A DNA stretch of 64,000 bases from NCBI GenBank assembly GCA_003427395.1, contig BFEA01000001.1, positions 8,617,120 through 8,681,119 of the forward strand, in the 5' to 3' direction. Origin of the DNA: Chara braunii (taxonomy: Eukaryota > Plantae > Charophyceae). The position numbers and the translations under genes were made by a program. A model generated the notes under the pieces. That model was not told the origin of the DNA. It worked only from the letters and a program-made list of their open reading frames with translations, and did no database searches. Positions 14,109-26,738 of this stretch are shown here, piece by piece. Position 1 is the first letter of the stretch, and each line of letters opens with the position of its first letter.

Positions 14109-15816
14109 CCAAGTCCACAGACTTCTGGGAGGTCCGGAAGTGGCCTTTCGAAGTGTCTCACGTTAGTCAGAGGCAAGTGGGCAAGTGGTGAGCCCAACTG
14201 CACTAGGTCAGCAGTGCGACTGCATCGAGTTGGCAGTGCAAACCCATGCAGTCGGCGATACTGGTCCCAGTCAGTCAGAGTCCAGTCAAGCAAGTACTGT
14301 GTGGAACTGTGTACACCAAGGGCCTGGGAAATGGGCAGACCAAAGAGTTACAGAAGTATAAATCAAGAGGCAGCGCCCAGCCATTCATTCATTCGCTGCG
14401 TAAGCCATGCGGAAGCGCTGCTACAGCATCTTGTGAGAAGGTGGTCTGCAGGTTGCCCGAAGACGAAGTGCGCTGAAGGGAGATCGTAGCCATAGTCAGC
14501 AGTGGTAGTGCGGCCATAGCCGCTGTAGGAGGAAGTTAGACAGTGTGTATGTGTGTGGTGGTATTCAGGGTGATCCAGAGTAAGCGTGTGTGGACAGTGG
14601 GCTTGGACACACTGACGAAGGTTGGGATGTTCAGGCGCTGATGCGCCATAGCCTGTTGAAGAGAACTTGCACCTGAACTGTGTTCTTGATTTCCATATCT
14701 CTAAGCTTTGAGTGGGCGCCCTGCGCCAGTGTGAATCGTCAACTGTTGCATGTATGGGAAGTGGGAGTGAGAGCGAGTCTGATTGCAGGTTAGGCAGGGG
14801 TATTTTCGGGTAGGTTATTTGAGTGAGAGTTGTTGAGCAGAATACTCACTAAACAATGCTGGGTCAGTCCCAGTGGTCTGGTCTCGAGTTGCTCCGGGTT
14901 GTTTGTGAGGATTCCCGGCTTCATTCGGCTTCATTTGGTCATTGAATGGAATTCTTGCTTTCCCCCCCACACACAAAAAAAAAGAAAGAGAACACAAAAG
15001 AAACTACCTGCCAGCTCAACAGGGCGGACAGGTGCACTTTGTGTCCTCCAATAAAAGGAGAGATGATACCTCAAGAACATGGCCCTTTCAAAAGGAAAAC
15101 AAGAAATCATGTCCGGCCTGGATCAATGGGCAGGCTGCAATGGTGGGGCCTGCACGCCTGCCTTAGGCTATCCTTTTTGTGACACACGTTCAACTTGCTG
15201 GGACCGGTACCATGTCCCGCCTGCCTGGCTCAATACGCTGTCACTGTCGATTTTAGGCTCCGGCAAAATGCACTTTTTGGTTCGGCGTTTTACCCTCCGA
15301 CGGACCATCCAATCGTTTACAAAAAAAATAATAATTTCACAACTACCAAAAATCACTGGTCCTCAAAATCACCCTCTTGAAAGAAAAAAAAAAAAAAAAA
15401 TCACCCTCTTTTTTTCCCACTAAATGGTCCAGGCAAACTTGTTCAGACAGCCTTTTTTCTTTTTTTTCTTTTTTTTGAAGGGCGACGGCCTCGAGATATT
15501 ATCATTGAGCTGACCAGCCCCAAGCAATTCATTAGTAGTTGGTTTTACTCCTCAATCAAGTTCCATCATCTCTATTCGAACACTGGCTACTCTGTATCAA
15601 CAGTTCATGGTTGTTCCCCCTGAGCTAGCCAGCCATTTTTTTTATTTTTATTTTTTTCATTCTCATTCCGACTCTTTTTCATTCCGACTCTTTTTCATTC
15701 CGACTTTTTTTTTTTTTTTTTTTTAACCCACTCATATATTGCCAGCCATTTCTGCTGTTGTCAGAAATCGGGTCCGAAATTTCTGCAGAGGCCGTGCATT
15801 TCTGGTGCAGAAAACT

Positions 15817-15916
15817 GGGGGCCAAGTCCCTTTTAACCGAATCCTCAGTTTCTGACCGTAGATTCCAAAGATCAACCTTCAGAAATGAAGAGTTGGCGTA
15901 AGCGGGACTTGCCCCC
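15817..15916. mobile_element. ~100-bp Tourist/Harbinger-like MITE (family copy 1)
   Basis: Ends GGGGCCAAGTCCC...GGGACTTGCCCC; internal TCTGACCGTAGAT..AGATCAAC..TCAGAA shared with copies at 35780, 36490 and 40559; TSD not clean. Confidence 0.65.
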
Positions 15917-15929
15917 GGGTCCTCAAGAT

Positions 15930-15971
15930 CAGATACTACACTTGATCTTTAGCCAAAAGGCCGAGAAAGGT
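15930..15971 (-). pseudogene. U2: U2 snRNA 5' fragment (about nt 3-43)
   Basis: Reverse complement ACCTTTCTCGGCCTTTTGGCTAAAGATCAAGTGTAGTATCTG matches the plant U2 5' end, including the branch-site recognition sequence GTAGTA. Confidence 0.92.
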
Positions 15972-16005
15972 GGTCTGTGCATTTCTTTTTCTTTTTCTTT
16001 TTTTT

Positions 16006-16075
16006 GGAAAAATTAATTTAATATCATGTGGCCCGATGGACCACAGATCAGATATTAAACCGATCAGAACAGATA
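16006..16075 (-). pseudogene. U2: U2 snRNA retrocopy, 3' piece (about nt 38-105) followed by an A-rich tail
   Basis: Reverse complement TATCTGTTCTGATCGGTTTAATATCTGATCTGTGGTCCATCGGGCCACATGATATTAAATTAATTTTT covers U2 stems IIa/IIb up to the Sm site; A-rich tail at 15987-16005. Confidence 0.88.
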
Positions 16076-16680
16076 TGACTCAAGTGTCCAGCCAGCTGCT
16101 CAGTCACCAAACCAAATCAATCTGAAGATAACATCCACATTATATGTGAGATGAGAAATGTAAATGGCAACAACGACAACAGACTGGACGCTGACAGCAT
16201 TGCAGTGACAATGGGAGTGGTCGCAGCTGTGGTCTGCGGTTACCTCTCAACTTCAATAAGTATCACAGCCATTCTTTAACCATTTCACTTGGGGGGCTGC
16301 AGATACCTGGGACTGTTGCCCGTCGTCGCCAGCAGTGGACAGCAGATATAGCCTTGAGTTATTGAGCAGGCAGTTTCCCAGGGGATTTGGCCATAAGCAA
16401 GCAGGGGCTACATAAACGGTAGTGGGAGTCATGCAGCCCGGAGGGATAAGTGGTAGCTCCAGTGTACCGATATCATGGCCTTATGTCCGAATACTTGTTC
16501 TACTGCAAAGCTGTATCTATGGGACGCTGGACNNNNNNNNNNNNNNNNNNNNNCCAGCGGAGGCAGGAACCGGATGTGTGTGTGTGTGTGTGCTGTCTCT
16601 TATACACATCTAGATGTGTATAAGAGACAGCCTAGGACCTACCTGGCAGTGTTTGCCAAAAAAAAAAAAAAAAAAAAAAC

Positions 16681-16735
<55 letters not shown>
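16076..16735 (+). mobile_element. Short poly(A)-tailed retroelement (LINE 3' end or LINE-tailed SINE) inserted into U2
   Basis: Flanked by the direct repeat CAGAACAGATA (16065-16075 and 16736-16746); carries the LINE 3' motif GGGACGCTGGAC at 16521; poly(A) 16658-16733. Contains a gap and an adapter artefact. Confidence 0.65.
16593..16630. other. Nextera mate-pair junction adapter (artefact)
   Basis: CTGTCTCTTATACACATCT-AGATGTGTATAAGAGACAG, two inverted Tn5 mosaic ends; the preceding 16554-16592 is a copy of 27444-27482. Confidence 0.97.
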
Positions 16736-16761
16736 CAGAACAGATACTCCACTTGATCTTA
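16736..16761 (-). pseudogene. U2: U2 snRNA retrocopy, middle piece (about nt 23-48)
   Basis: Reverse complement TAAGATCAAGTGGAGTATCTGTTCTG. Confidence 0.8.
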
Positions 16762-17420
16762 GGGCTTCACTAGACACTCCTCAGCGCGTCCTCGGGCACC
16801 AAGGACGAATCCTCGAAAAATTCTTTGGTTTTTGAAAGCGTCTTTCCACCTGTCCTCGGAGAATCGCTCTGAGGACGAATCCTCGGGGCCCTCCCGCGGC
16901 CCATTTCATGAGATTATACACGGCCGCGGGGGGGTTGTCCGACCTCCGATTCAGGATGTCCGGCGAGGAGTCGTCGTGGTCCAGCAGGCGTACGGCGGCA
17001 TCCCGTCATGGGCCCTGGAAATGAAAGTCGCGAACGCGGGAAACGCCCCGTTTGAAATCCGAAATTCTAAATCGCGGGCTGCGGGATGACGGGGAGGCAG
17101 TGCACAGACGGGTCCTGGACGGTGCAGTGCATGCCACGCAGGCTCCGCGACTGGTTCCAGATGCCCCTTGCGTACTTCAGTGCGACACACGGCCACAGTC
17201 TGTGATGTCGTCGACTCGGCAAACTGGAGAGGGTCAATCCTCGCGGCACGTGTCCACGCGTGGTGGTTCTGCACTTCGGCGGCGGCGGACGGACACTTCC
17301 ATCGGGGAGAACATCGCTCAGCGGGGGTGGCGGAGCGCGAATTGCAGGCGTGTCAGCATTGTGGTCGCGTAGATGGTGGCAAGAGGTGGCGGGCATTCAT
17401 TTTCCAGTACGAAGGGCCCG

Positions 17421-18725
17421 ATGGAGGGTGGCGGCGATCTTCGTCGTGCCATGTTGTTGATGACGGAGAAGACAGAGGTCGCGGCGGCTGCGCTCGCCAT
17501 GGTGATCCGCAGCCAAGTCGAGAGGGTGGCAGGGCGCATGAAGGTGGCGCTTTCATGGCGATGGCAAAGGCTTCTGGTGCAGAGGGTGGTAGACGCCCTA
17601 GTGTGGTGTGCTTCCTCGGGCGACGCCACATTGGTGGATGAAGCGGAGAACAGGAGGCACTTGGGATGATTTGCGGATGTGCAATGACACGGCTGACGAC
17701 TACTTTCGGGAAAAGCTCTGCATGTCCAAGCGAGTTTTCATGGAGATCAGCGAAGCCCGTGCTCCACATCTACAACGACCGGTCACGTTCTACAGGGAGC
17801 AGCTGCAGACGGAGGAGATCGTCGCGTACGCGTTGTACAGGTGGGCTACCAGGGAGAGACATACGACACAGCACGTCGTCTTTCGGCATAGGGCGAGGTT
17901 CTTGACTTCTCGCCGTGCACGATGTCACATCTGCGCTGTTGAGGGTCTACGCAGACAAGATTTCCTGGTCTACGGGGGTGAGGAAACACGTCGTGCTCCA
18001 GGCGTTTTTGGAGAAGGGCTTTCCCAACTATCACGACACCGTCGACTGCATACACATCTACTTTGACAGACCGCCGAATGCCCCCAGCGAGAACTACTTC
18101 GACCACAAACACCGTTTCTCCGTCGTTGCGCAGGTCGTGGTCGACCTGGATCTGCGCGTTCTGGATGTGTTCGTTGGGTATCCCGGGAGCTGCCATGACA
18201 TAAGGGTGATCCAACTGTCTAGTCTGTCGCGGCGCGCGAAACTTGAAGAGGGAACGTTGTTTCGTGGGCCGCCTGTCACTCTGTCGGGCGGGGTGAGGAC
18301 AAACGGATACATCTTGGGTGACAACGGGTACCCTCCTTCTGAATGGGTACTGGTGCCATACGGCGGAATCAATCAGAATCCCCGACGAAGAAAGGTTCGA
18401 CACGAAGCATTATGTCGCAAGATGGGTTGTCGAGAGGGCGTTCAGGCGGTTGAAGGGGATGTGGAGGCTCTTCCTGCAAACGCACAAGACCAACCTATAC
18501 ACTTTGTCGTAGCAGTTCATGGTCGTCTGCATTCTACACAACATTCTCTTGGATGCTGGTATCGAGTTCGACGAGAATCTGCTATGGGAGGTCGACGATA
18601 ACGGGGTGCGGCGCCGAGTGGATCTAGGGATTCATCTTCCCCCACAACCAGTCAGCAATTCCACTTCCATGACCGAGGCGATTGCACTCCGGAACGCTCT
18701 AGAAGAGCAAATGAAGCACATGTAA
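17421..18725 (+). pseudogene. Harbinger DDE transposase (HARBI1/DDE_Tnp_4-like), frameshifted
   Basis: Motifs FREKLCMSKRVF, GFPNYHDTVDCIHI, GYPGSCHDIRV, YILGDNGYP, RWVVERAFRRLKGMWR, CILHN spread over several frames. Confidence 0.9.
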
Positions 18726-19652
18726 TCCGTGATACGACCTGTTTGTTTCTCACGATGAAAGTACCATGTTCATGTCCTATCCCACCGTTGTCGATCCAGA
18801 GCACTCGCTTCGTTGGCTTTCACACGTGGATGGTATTATGTCGTCCATCACCGTGTGTTGGACATTTTTTTCGTCGAGGACAGCTTGTTTGACCATCCTC
18901 GTAAGGACGACGGTAGTGGTGGATGCTTGTAGTGACAAGGACTTTCGTTGTTCCTCGTGTTGTAGTCGCGTCTTTTCTTTCCTGGTTTCACCATACCTCT
19001 CTTTTCTCCGTGTTTCCGGCGATTGCGGGGCTCGGGGTGGGGGAGTGGAGGCGGTGTTGTGGCGGGTGGCGGTGGTTAGGGTGGTGCGCAAGTCTGCCAC
19101 GTTAGGTGGGGGAGGTACGCGGGCGGGAGCCCGGTGCGATGTTTATGTTCACGTGCTTCTCCATGTTTGCATGTGCTTAAAAAATTTTGGTTGCTCTGCA
19201 CGAGCGCTTCTCGAAGCGCCGAATCCCTTTCTCAAGTACAGGAATGTGTTTTTCTTTTGGACTTGTGTGTGAGGTCGTCGTCTTGCGTCTGGCTGTGTCC
19301 TTTTTAACGACGGGTTTGTTTTATTGTCTCGTGTATGAAACTTCTGACATCTACCTCGTCTGCGCTTGTTTGCATTTCCAAATATAGATTATCATTGCAT
19401 TGTTGTTCCACACGCGGCTTGCATGCAAAAAAAAAAAAAAAAAAAAAGTTCATCTCATGACATTTCGGTCCTTTTAGCAACAGCATCGCTATCGCACTTT
19501 TTGTTATGTTTGTTTTTTTTTCTGTGTATTTTTCATTTTCATTTATTCTTTTTGGGGTTATGTTTTGTCAGGCGGTGGCAATGTTAATGCATCCACGATT
19601 TGGGACACAACGTGATGGACACCATACGTGAGAATATGTGCACGACATTGAG

Positions 19653-20177
19653 ATCAACAGAAAAATTCCCACGAGAAATGAAAGTTGAAAAAATATTCCA
19701 TAAAAAAAAATCCTTCATATTTATAAATTATCATTCCAATGTTTGTCAAATTCTAAACTTTCCAATTTTATTTGATAAGTTTTCGTCTAAATATGAGTTT
19801 TCCCTTCCAACGACATCTATTTGTTCAAGATGGAATGAAAGTCTGGACGAGTTTATGAAATGTTTTAATTAAAATTTCATTCTACTACAACAAATATCTT
19901 CTAATTTAGATTGGATTAACCTATTTATGATTGAAAATCCTTATCTAGAATGACAGTCCAATTAAAATATTTCATGAACTCATCCAGACTTCCATTACAT
20001 CTCTAGCATGCAATTCAAATAAGAAGGGATACCCCATTCTTGGAAGAAAAGTTCTCAAGTAAGACGAAAAATTTTAAAATTGGAATGACATTTTTAAAGA
20101 TGGAATGAGAATTTAAAATTTAAAACGTACTATTACTATAAAATGAATATTTAATTCTGGGAAATTTTTCTGTTGAT
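19653..20177. mobile_element. AT-rich MITE-like insertion inside the Harbinger element
   Basis: Terminal inverted repeats ATCAACAGAAAAATTCCCA / TGGGAAATTTTTCTGTTGAT around a strongly AT-rich interior; no clear TSD. Confidence 0.6.
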
Positions 20178-20379
20178 GGCCTATCATCCGTAGTCGGCAC
20201 GAGAATCCCACATAGAAGATAATAAAAGCACTAATACGTGAACAACTATTGCCACACAAATCGAAGTCCTCAACACACACATTCCTTAATGAAATCCATA
20301 TATTCGCATTGCATACTCAAAAAAGTAAAACTGAGTTTTTCATGCTACTCAGCCTTCCGCGGCGCACAACTATGATCCT

Positions 20380-20403
20380 CTCTCTCTCTCTCTCTCTATT
20401 TGA

Positions 20404-20451
<48 letters not shown>

Positions 20452-20534
20452 AGATTTATTCACGTACTTCAATGTATCTGTTTTTATTCGTTTTAAATAG
20501 GTATGTGAAGAAACTTTAGGATGATTTTATTCTT

Positions 20535-20570
<36 letters not shown>

Positions 20571-20613
20571 CGATATATATATATATATATATATATATCT
20601 GTGTGTGTGTGTG
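20380..20613. repeat. (CT)n/(TA)n/(TG)n microsatellite cluster
   Basis: Direct dinucleotide runs. Confidence 0.9.
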
Positions 20614-21053
20614 CATGCGGACGTGGGGTACACTGCGATCGCAAACGGTTTTGTGGTGCGCATGCACCTCCCCCGCGCTCCGAACTTGACAACAAATATA
20701 AAAAAAGTAAACTAAACAAGGCTACTGCGTTGCGCTGTGTCTGCGTGACGACCCCATTCGCAAGGTCACTATCAGTCGAAGCATCTGCCGAACCATATGC
20801 ACGGCTTGCCCTGCCAAACCGCCGACATCGCTACACGCCCTGCGCACGTGTCAGTGGGTGCGCATGCAGAGAACCATCTAAGCGGCACATTTTACAACCC
20901 GTGCACGTGGATAGTGACACTGTCACTAATCAAAACCAACACACACTCGTCCGCAACACCTGCGTACGCCCTGCCACCTCGTTTGGAGATCAAAATGCCA
21001 CCCCATGGAGGACGACCACCCCGGCTGATTGACCTTCCAAATAAACACACGTG

Positions 21054-23100
21054 TCACTTGCCGTCACCGCCATCTTCATCCGCTGGAGGACCGTTGTCTA
21101 TCCAGTCGTGTTTTGCAGCTTCAGCTCCATTCTTCAGAGTGGCGTTGTGATCGCACACCAACCTGCAGTCAACCCATTTTGGGATGCAATGTGGGTACTC
21201 TCCCAGCGTGAGGTGGGGTGTCCCGAGGTGATCCAACACGAGGTTGGTGCTGTCGACGATGTGTCGCCTCCAGTTGAAGATGTACGACCCCGCCGCTATG
21301 AGAGTGGGTGTCGTGGTCAGTGATGCGTGCAATCCCGCATCATAATGCGAATGATCGTCATCGCCACCCATGCGCATTATCCACATGCACACACTCAACA
21401 AAACCCTCAGACAATCCGCAAGCCGCGTTAACCTCTCTTGTTTCAAACGGCCGCCGTTTCCCCATTGTCCGCACCAAAGCGCATCTGTCCAGCACCCCAC
21501 CACGCGAAGAATTGTCGCCCTCTGTTGCGGCGCCATGTCATCATATTCAGGTTTGTCCACAATTTTCACCCCCTCGAACCACAGAGGCATATCCATCTTC
21601 ATATGCAGCATGTAGTAAACGAGGGTTGGGGAAACCACTCTCGACCATTCCAACCCCTTCCAAACAGCTCGTGCGACGTCGGTAGCATAGTCGACAGTGA
21701 TGTACGACTCTGCACGAGCGAAGTCATTCGACCTCGATGACGATTTGAAGATCCACCTGTGAATGGTGCGCAGTACCAGTTTCTCCACGATGCGTACTTT
21801 GCACAAAGTCGGTTCACGCTGCGCCGGATCGTCGATCTTGAAGCGTGGCACATCGTTCGGCGGCATGATGAGCATGGACGGTGGTTCAGCTCCTGCGTCT
21901 CCGTTGGCGATGGCGACGAAGTAGTCGGCGCAGTCGCCAATTGCCTCCCTCGACGGTTTTCCGGGGCCTTGACCCCAAAAAGCGTGGCAATCAACCCACA
22001 ACATTAACCTCTCCTCCTGATTAACCTCCTCTACAGTTCTCTTCCACGTGCTGGCAAGGGGTCATTCGTCGTTATCATCGTCTTCCCGTCGTCCATCTCT
22101 TTTACCATCTTTCCGGCGCACGTCATCGACTCTCCCCTCTACCACACCTTTCGCGACTCTGCTTGCAGAAGTGTGATGATCTCCCGCCGCCGTCCGACTT
22201 CCGCCTGTGTCCACTTTCTTTTGCAGGGGCGGTGTTATCACCGCGCTTGAACCCCCCGCCTGTTGCGCGGGGAGTGCCGACATGGCTGGACTGCCCCGAT
22301 CACTGCCTTGTCAAGTCGACCGCCCCCAGCGACTGGGGCGATCGGTGCACAAACTTTGCTTGTCGTCGCCTCACCCACCCCCGCAGCTTGCCTCTGTACG
22401 CGTGCCTCAGCGATGACAATCCCTTGCGCCTTGTGTGTCCTATGCGATGCTTGGGTGGCACCACCAACGGCGGCTTGTCTGATAGTAGCGAGTTGATCCC
22501 TCAACACTCCGTCCCGCCCAAAACCAAATCGCTGGCTCCCCGACATCCTTGCGCGTCCACCACCGCAACTTCCTCTGATTGGAAGTTGTCATCATTCTCC
22601 AAGTTCGCCTCATCAACGCGCAACCTTTTCGACTTGGGCACGTGGCCTCGACCTTTTTGGCCTCCCCCCCGTCGCTAGGACCTCCATCTCTCCTGCCCTT
22701 TCCTGTCGCGCCCCGCGGTGCCATGTGGATACAACTTCAGTCCCCCTGCCACGTGGCCGATGAAGGCATGCTGCGGTGTGAGGCGGACATGCACAAAGGG
22801 CACGTGAACGTCGACGTTCATCGGCTGACGGAAAGGAAGGATGTGAACGGCTCGTGTGACGAGGCACTGGCCACAGAGGAGGTTATATGACGGCGACCAG
22901 AAAGGTCCACCAGAAAGTGAGAGCCGACGACGTGGAGGCGCGGAGCGTCGAACGGGATGCGGAGGCGTACGGCGAGAGGGCAGTGGACAAGAGGCACCTC
23001 TAAAGCCGTGGCAATGGAAAAATTGCGGTACAGAATGGCGCCCAGACCGTCCTTCTGTATCGTGCGCTGTCTCTCACCACACCATGGATGCGCCTCGCCG
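21054..23100 (-). pseudogene. Third Harbinger-internal ORF, unknown function (open 316-aa C-terminal part 21054-22004; frameshifted upstream)
   Basis: Trp-rich, globular-looking 316-aa ORF, preceded by charged low-complexity coding-like sequence; 5' limit approximate. Confidence 0.55.
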
Positions 23101-23279
23101 TACTTGAAGCCCGCCCCTTAGTTGACCGTGCGCAGACCATTTTTTTCGGGCCCAATGGAGGTCATCCTTCCATTGGTCCGACATTGAATGTCGACGCGCA
23201 AGAGGACCCCATCGGAGCTCGAAAGGGCCTGCCACTTACCCCTGCACTGCCACCCCCGAAAACACCCAGCGCCCATATC

Positions 23280-23325
<46 letters not shown>

Positions 23326-23899
23326 AGGTCCCGCGAGGAGCAACCCCCCCCCCGCCCCCATGTGACTTCATGAATCGCCACAAATTGAACAAAATCGGAG
23401 CGACTTCGAACCGACCACGCTTCAACGATTCAGGATTGCAATAAACAATACAAGGACTGAAGACTCAGAAGAAAAACAAATGAAAAGAAAGCTACAAAAA
23501 AAAAAAAAAAACCCTAAAAAAATCAACAAAAAAACCGTTTGTGGAAATTGTGGTCCATTCACGCAACACATTCTGAGACCGTTGGCTATCTCCTCCAAAA
23601 CGAAGATCGAATTCGACGCAAAACAAAAACAAACCGACAATAAGCATTTCACATCATGCAACGTGTTCATCGGTCCATGATTGCAACACTACTCGGCGAA
23701 AACAATCCACATTGATAGCCCTGAAGAAAGGTCGACATCATTGCCTCTCTTCTAACAGCACGTTGGACAATCACAACACTAATCGGCCACAACAATCGAG
23801 ATTGGAAAACGCGACTTGCACCAACAACGGATGCGCCGCAGGGCACGGCAACAACACCGAAGGCCGCCCCGTGGGGCACGCGAGAAATGAATACTTGAA

Positions 23900-25933
23900 A
23901 CATTAATCAAACAATACCTATATCAAACAATACGACGGGCAAGAACGACCCCTCCTGTGTCTACACTACCTCCACTGCGGCACACCGCATCACGCAAGAC
24001 AACGGTAATGACGTTGCTCCCGAAACGCACACATGGCGATCTCGCCAATCTCGGAAACGCCTGGCCAAAAGACGTTAAGATCGCTCATGGATCACTTTCG
24101 ACATCTCCAAAAGGGCGTTGCACATCATCAGGTTCGCCTGGTCGACCTTCTCTTACTGCTCCTTCTGCACCTCCACCTCTCGCTCGAGAATGTCGCATTG
24201 CCTCGTCAGAACTGAACACTGCCTCTTGCTCGTACTGTCCACCGTCGTCGCCATCAGCTTCCCGTGCTTATCTTGGTTATCCATGACATCAATGATCGCA
24301 TCGAAGGTCCGTTGTTTGACATTCTTCCTTTTGCCGCCCCCACCTGCACTACCACCGCTGATCGAATCCCTCGTCGATCCTTGATCATCATCCTGTATGT
24401 CCCCACATCACTCGCTAGCCACGGATTCGTTCTGGCTGCCACCTGTTCCAGGCATCTGAACCCCTCCAGCCGCACCCTTGTCTGCGAGATTTGTCGGGTG
24501 AATAGTGTGATCAGCCTTCGGCATCGCGTTCATCTTGAAATACACACGCTCATCCGCCTGAAAGTCGAACCCTTTCTCCTTCCCCTCCACCGGCGTTAGT
24601 GTGAAGAAATTTTGCTTCCCGGATTGTCCCATGAATCTATGCACGGATTTGAATTGTTGGTTCATCTCGAAATACACACGCTCATCCGTCTGAAAGTCCT
24701 CTTTTTTCTCGCATTCCTCGACCTTCGTAGTAGTCAGCCCCGTCTTCATGAGCCTCTTCTCAACGTCATTCCACTTCCGTGTCCTCAACTTCATCCATCC
24801 ATAGTTGTGCCCCAGCCCGACGAGATGCAAATCCTGGTCTCTTTTTGCCCGAACCAGAGCGATCATATGATCGACGGTCCAAAAATCCCTGCTTTTCCCT
24901 CAGTCGCCTGTGGACGTGTCATCCACACGCTTCTTGCCTTTCCGCCCCGCACGCGGTTCCGTCGACTTGTTCGTGCCCCGAGTACCTCCCCACTTTCTCC
25001 CAAGCGAACGAATCTCCATCTCGCCGTCATCGTCCTCCCCGTTGTCATTGTCGTCGTCGTCTGCTGTGCAATCATCGCCCCCCACGCCATCGCAGTTCAG
25101 GAGCATATCATGGCCCCCGACATTCATCTTCGCCACCCTCTCATTATGCTAGACGGGATGGACTGACGAGATTGTCGCCGATGATTGTTCAAAACCTGTC
25201 GACCCATAACCTCTGTTGCTGACCAATCATCGTCGTCATGATGCCCCGGCCGTTGATGCATCAGTAGGTGTCGTCGATCGGCGGCCGCCAATCCCATTGT
25301 CCTCGTCCTCGAAGCGGCCACATCAGCATTCCTCCTCGATCCGGGCTTTAGCGAAACAAGTCCGCGCTCGTTGCCCAACTCACAATAACACCCACCTCGC
25401 TCGCCCGAAAGCCCCCCTGTCGTCGCCGAAGGCCGTGTGCGGTTGCTGCCCTAAGCTGGGTTGACGATAACGGTGTGCGTCACATCCTAACCACTACCAG
25501 ACCTCAGACCGAAGCTCAGATCGACAAGTGCTGCGTCATAGCCGGCCAGGGTCCACCCTTCCGGAAGATCAGTGTACGTCGGTGTCGGTGGTTGTTTGAA
25601 CAGCTGGCTCCCCATCCAATCCTGCGTCCAGTCGCTGCCCAGGGGAACCGTTGAGGATCGAGGGTCATCGGCGTCGCCATCACTCGGAGGCAACGGAATC
25701 TCGTGGGACGGGAGGTGGATGTACAGAGTTGGGTCATACGTCCGCCTGCCACCTTCCACACCGGTGCGAAGCAGACGTGAAGACCCCCCTGCCACTGCTG
25801 ACGGCGTGGTCTTCTTCTGAAGGTTGTCCATCTTCCTCGCCTTCGTCGACGATCGTGGCGTCGCTTTCCGTCCACGAACGAAGACGACAACGACAAGCAG
25901 CAACAAAGGCAGCCTGCGGTACAGGTCAGCCAT
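23900..25933 (-). pseudogene. Harbinger Myb/SANT (trihelix)-like DNA-binding protein, frameshifted
   Basis: MIALVRAKRDQD...KWNDVEKRLMKTG...ECEKK...FKSVHRF fits Myb/trihelix helix spacing; lies opposite the transposase as expected for PIF/Harbinger. Confidence 0.75.
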
Positions 25934-26554
25934 GGACGACAAGGCAGCGGATACGGTACACGCACTTCTGCTGTGGCATTGGAGGCGAGTGGCGACAACG
26001 CTGACACAGTACTGGAGGAAGAAGCCAACGACGCAGAATTCTGCAATGGGGGACCGGGGGCGGACGGCTACAAAATTCATACATTCGACCGTTGGGGAGC
26101 CCCCCCGAACGCCAAAACCCCTCCAGCACCCGACCGAAGACGCCCGATGCTCGTCATGGCCCCACCGACGGACCGCCCGAAGAACCAACAGGGCCGTCCC
26201 ACGAATCCTCGGTAACAGTAAACAGAGGCCGCCGTTGCAGGACGTTATTGATGACGACGGCCCACAATGTCCGTCTTCCGCTCCGTGGACCAGAAATGGA
26301 CCACCTTCGCCCTTCAATTTTCCTTCTGGAGTCGACGCCGTCAGCCCGTGAATTGTGGATCCTCGGGCTTCAACGGACCTCACGCGTCCTTTGGAACCGA
26401 GGACGATTTGTCTGGGAAATCCTCGGAGCCCGAGGGTTTGTCCTCTGAGTGTTTTCACTTTTGTTTTCCGAAAATCGACTCCGAGGACAGATCAAACGAC
26501 GATGAAATCCTTGGAGCGGCATCCCCAAGGAGTGTCTAACGACGCCCTTACTAA

Positions 26555-26715
26555 GGGCCTCACCACCGTCAAAACGCAAAAAAAAACGAGTGCATCTCCA
26601 CACAAAGAGTGGCAAAATGCATCCATTACTAAAAATAGCGAAGGATGCATCTTACCTCTTTCTGAGGAAGATGCATGCGGTCTTTTCTCACTTCAACTGT
26701 CGTGTGGCGAAGCCC
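26555..26715. mobile_element. 161-bp Tourist/Harbinger-like MITE
   Basis: TIRs GGGCCTCACCAC / GTGGCGAAGCCC; flanks TAA and TTG (imperfect TSD). Confidence 0.6.
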
Positions 26716-26738
26716 TTGGCGAAAAGGCCGAGGAAGGT
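26716..26738 (-). pseudogene. U2: U2 snRNA retrocopy, 5' piece (about nt 3-25)
   Basis: Reverse complement ACCTTCCTCGGCCTTTTCGCCAA versus U2 ACCTTTCTCGGCCTTTTGGCTAA; flank 26739-26753 repeats 15972-15986. Confidence 0.72.

Larger units (their letters stand above)
16762..26547. mobile_element. PIF/Harbinger DNA transposon, ~9.8 kb, decayed
   Basis: TIRs GGGCTTCACTAGACACTCC (16762) and GGAGTGTCTAACGACGCCC (ends 26547); TTA TSD at 16759-16761 and 26548-26550; subterminal GAGGAC/ATCCTCG repeats; convergent transposase and Myb-like genes. Confidence 0.92.
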
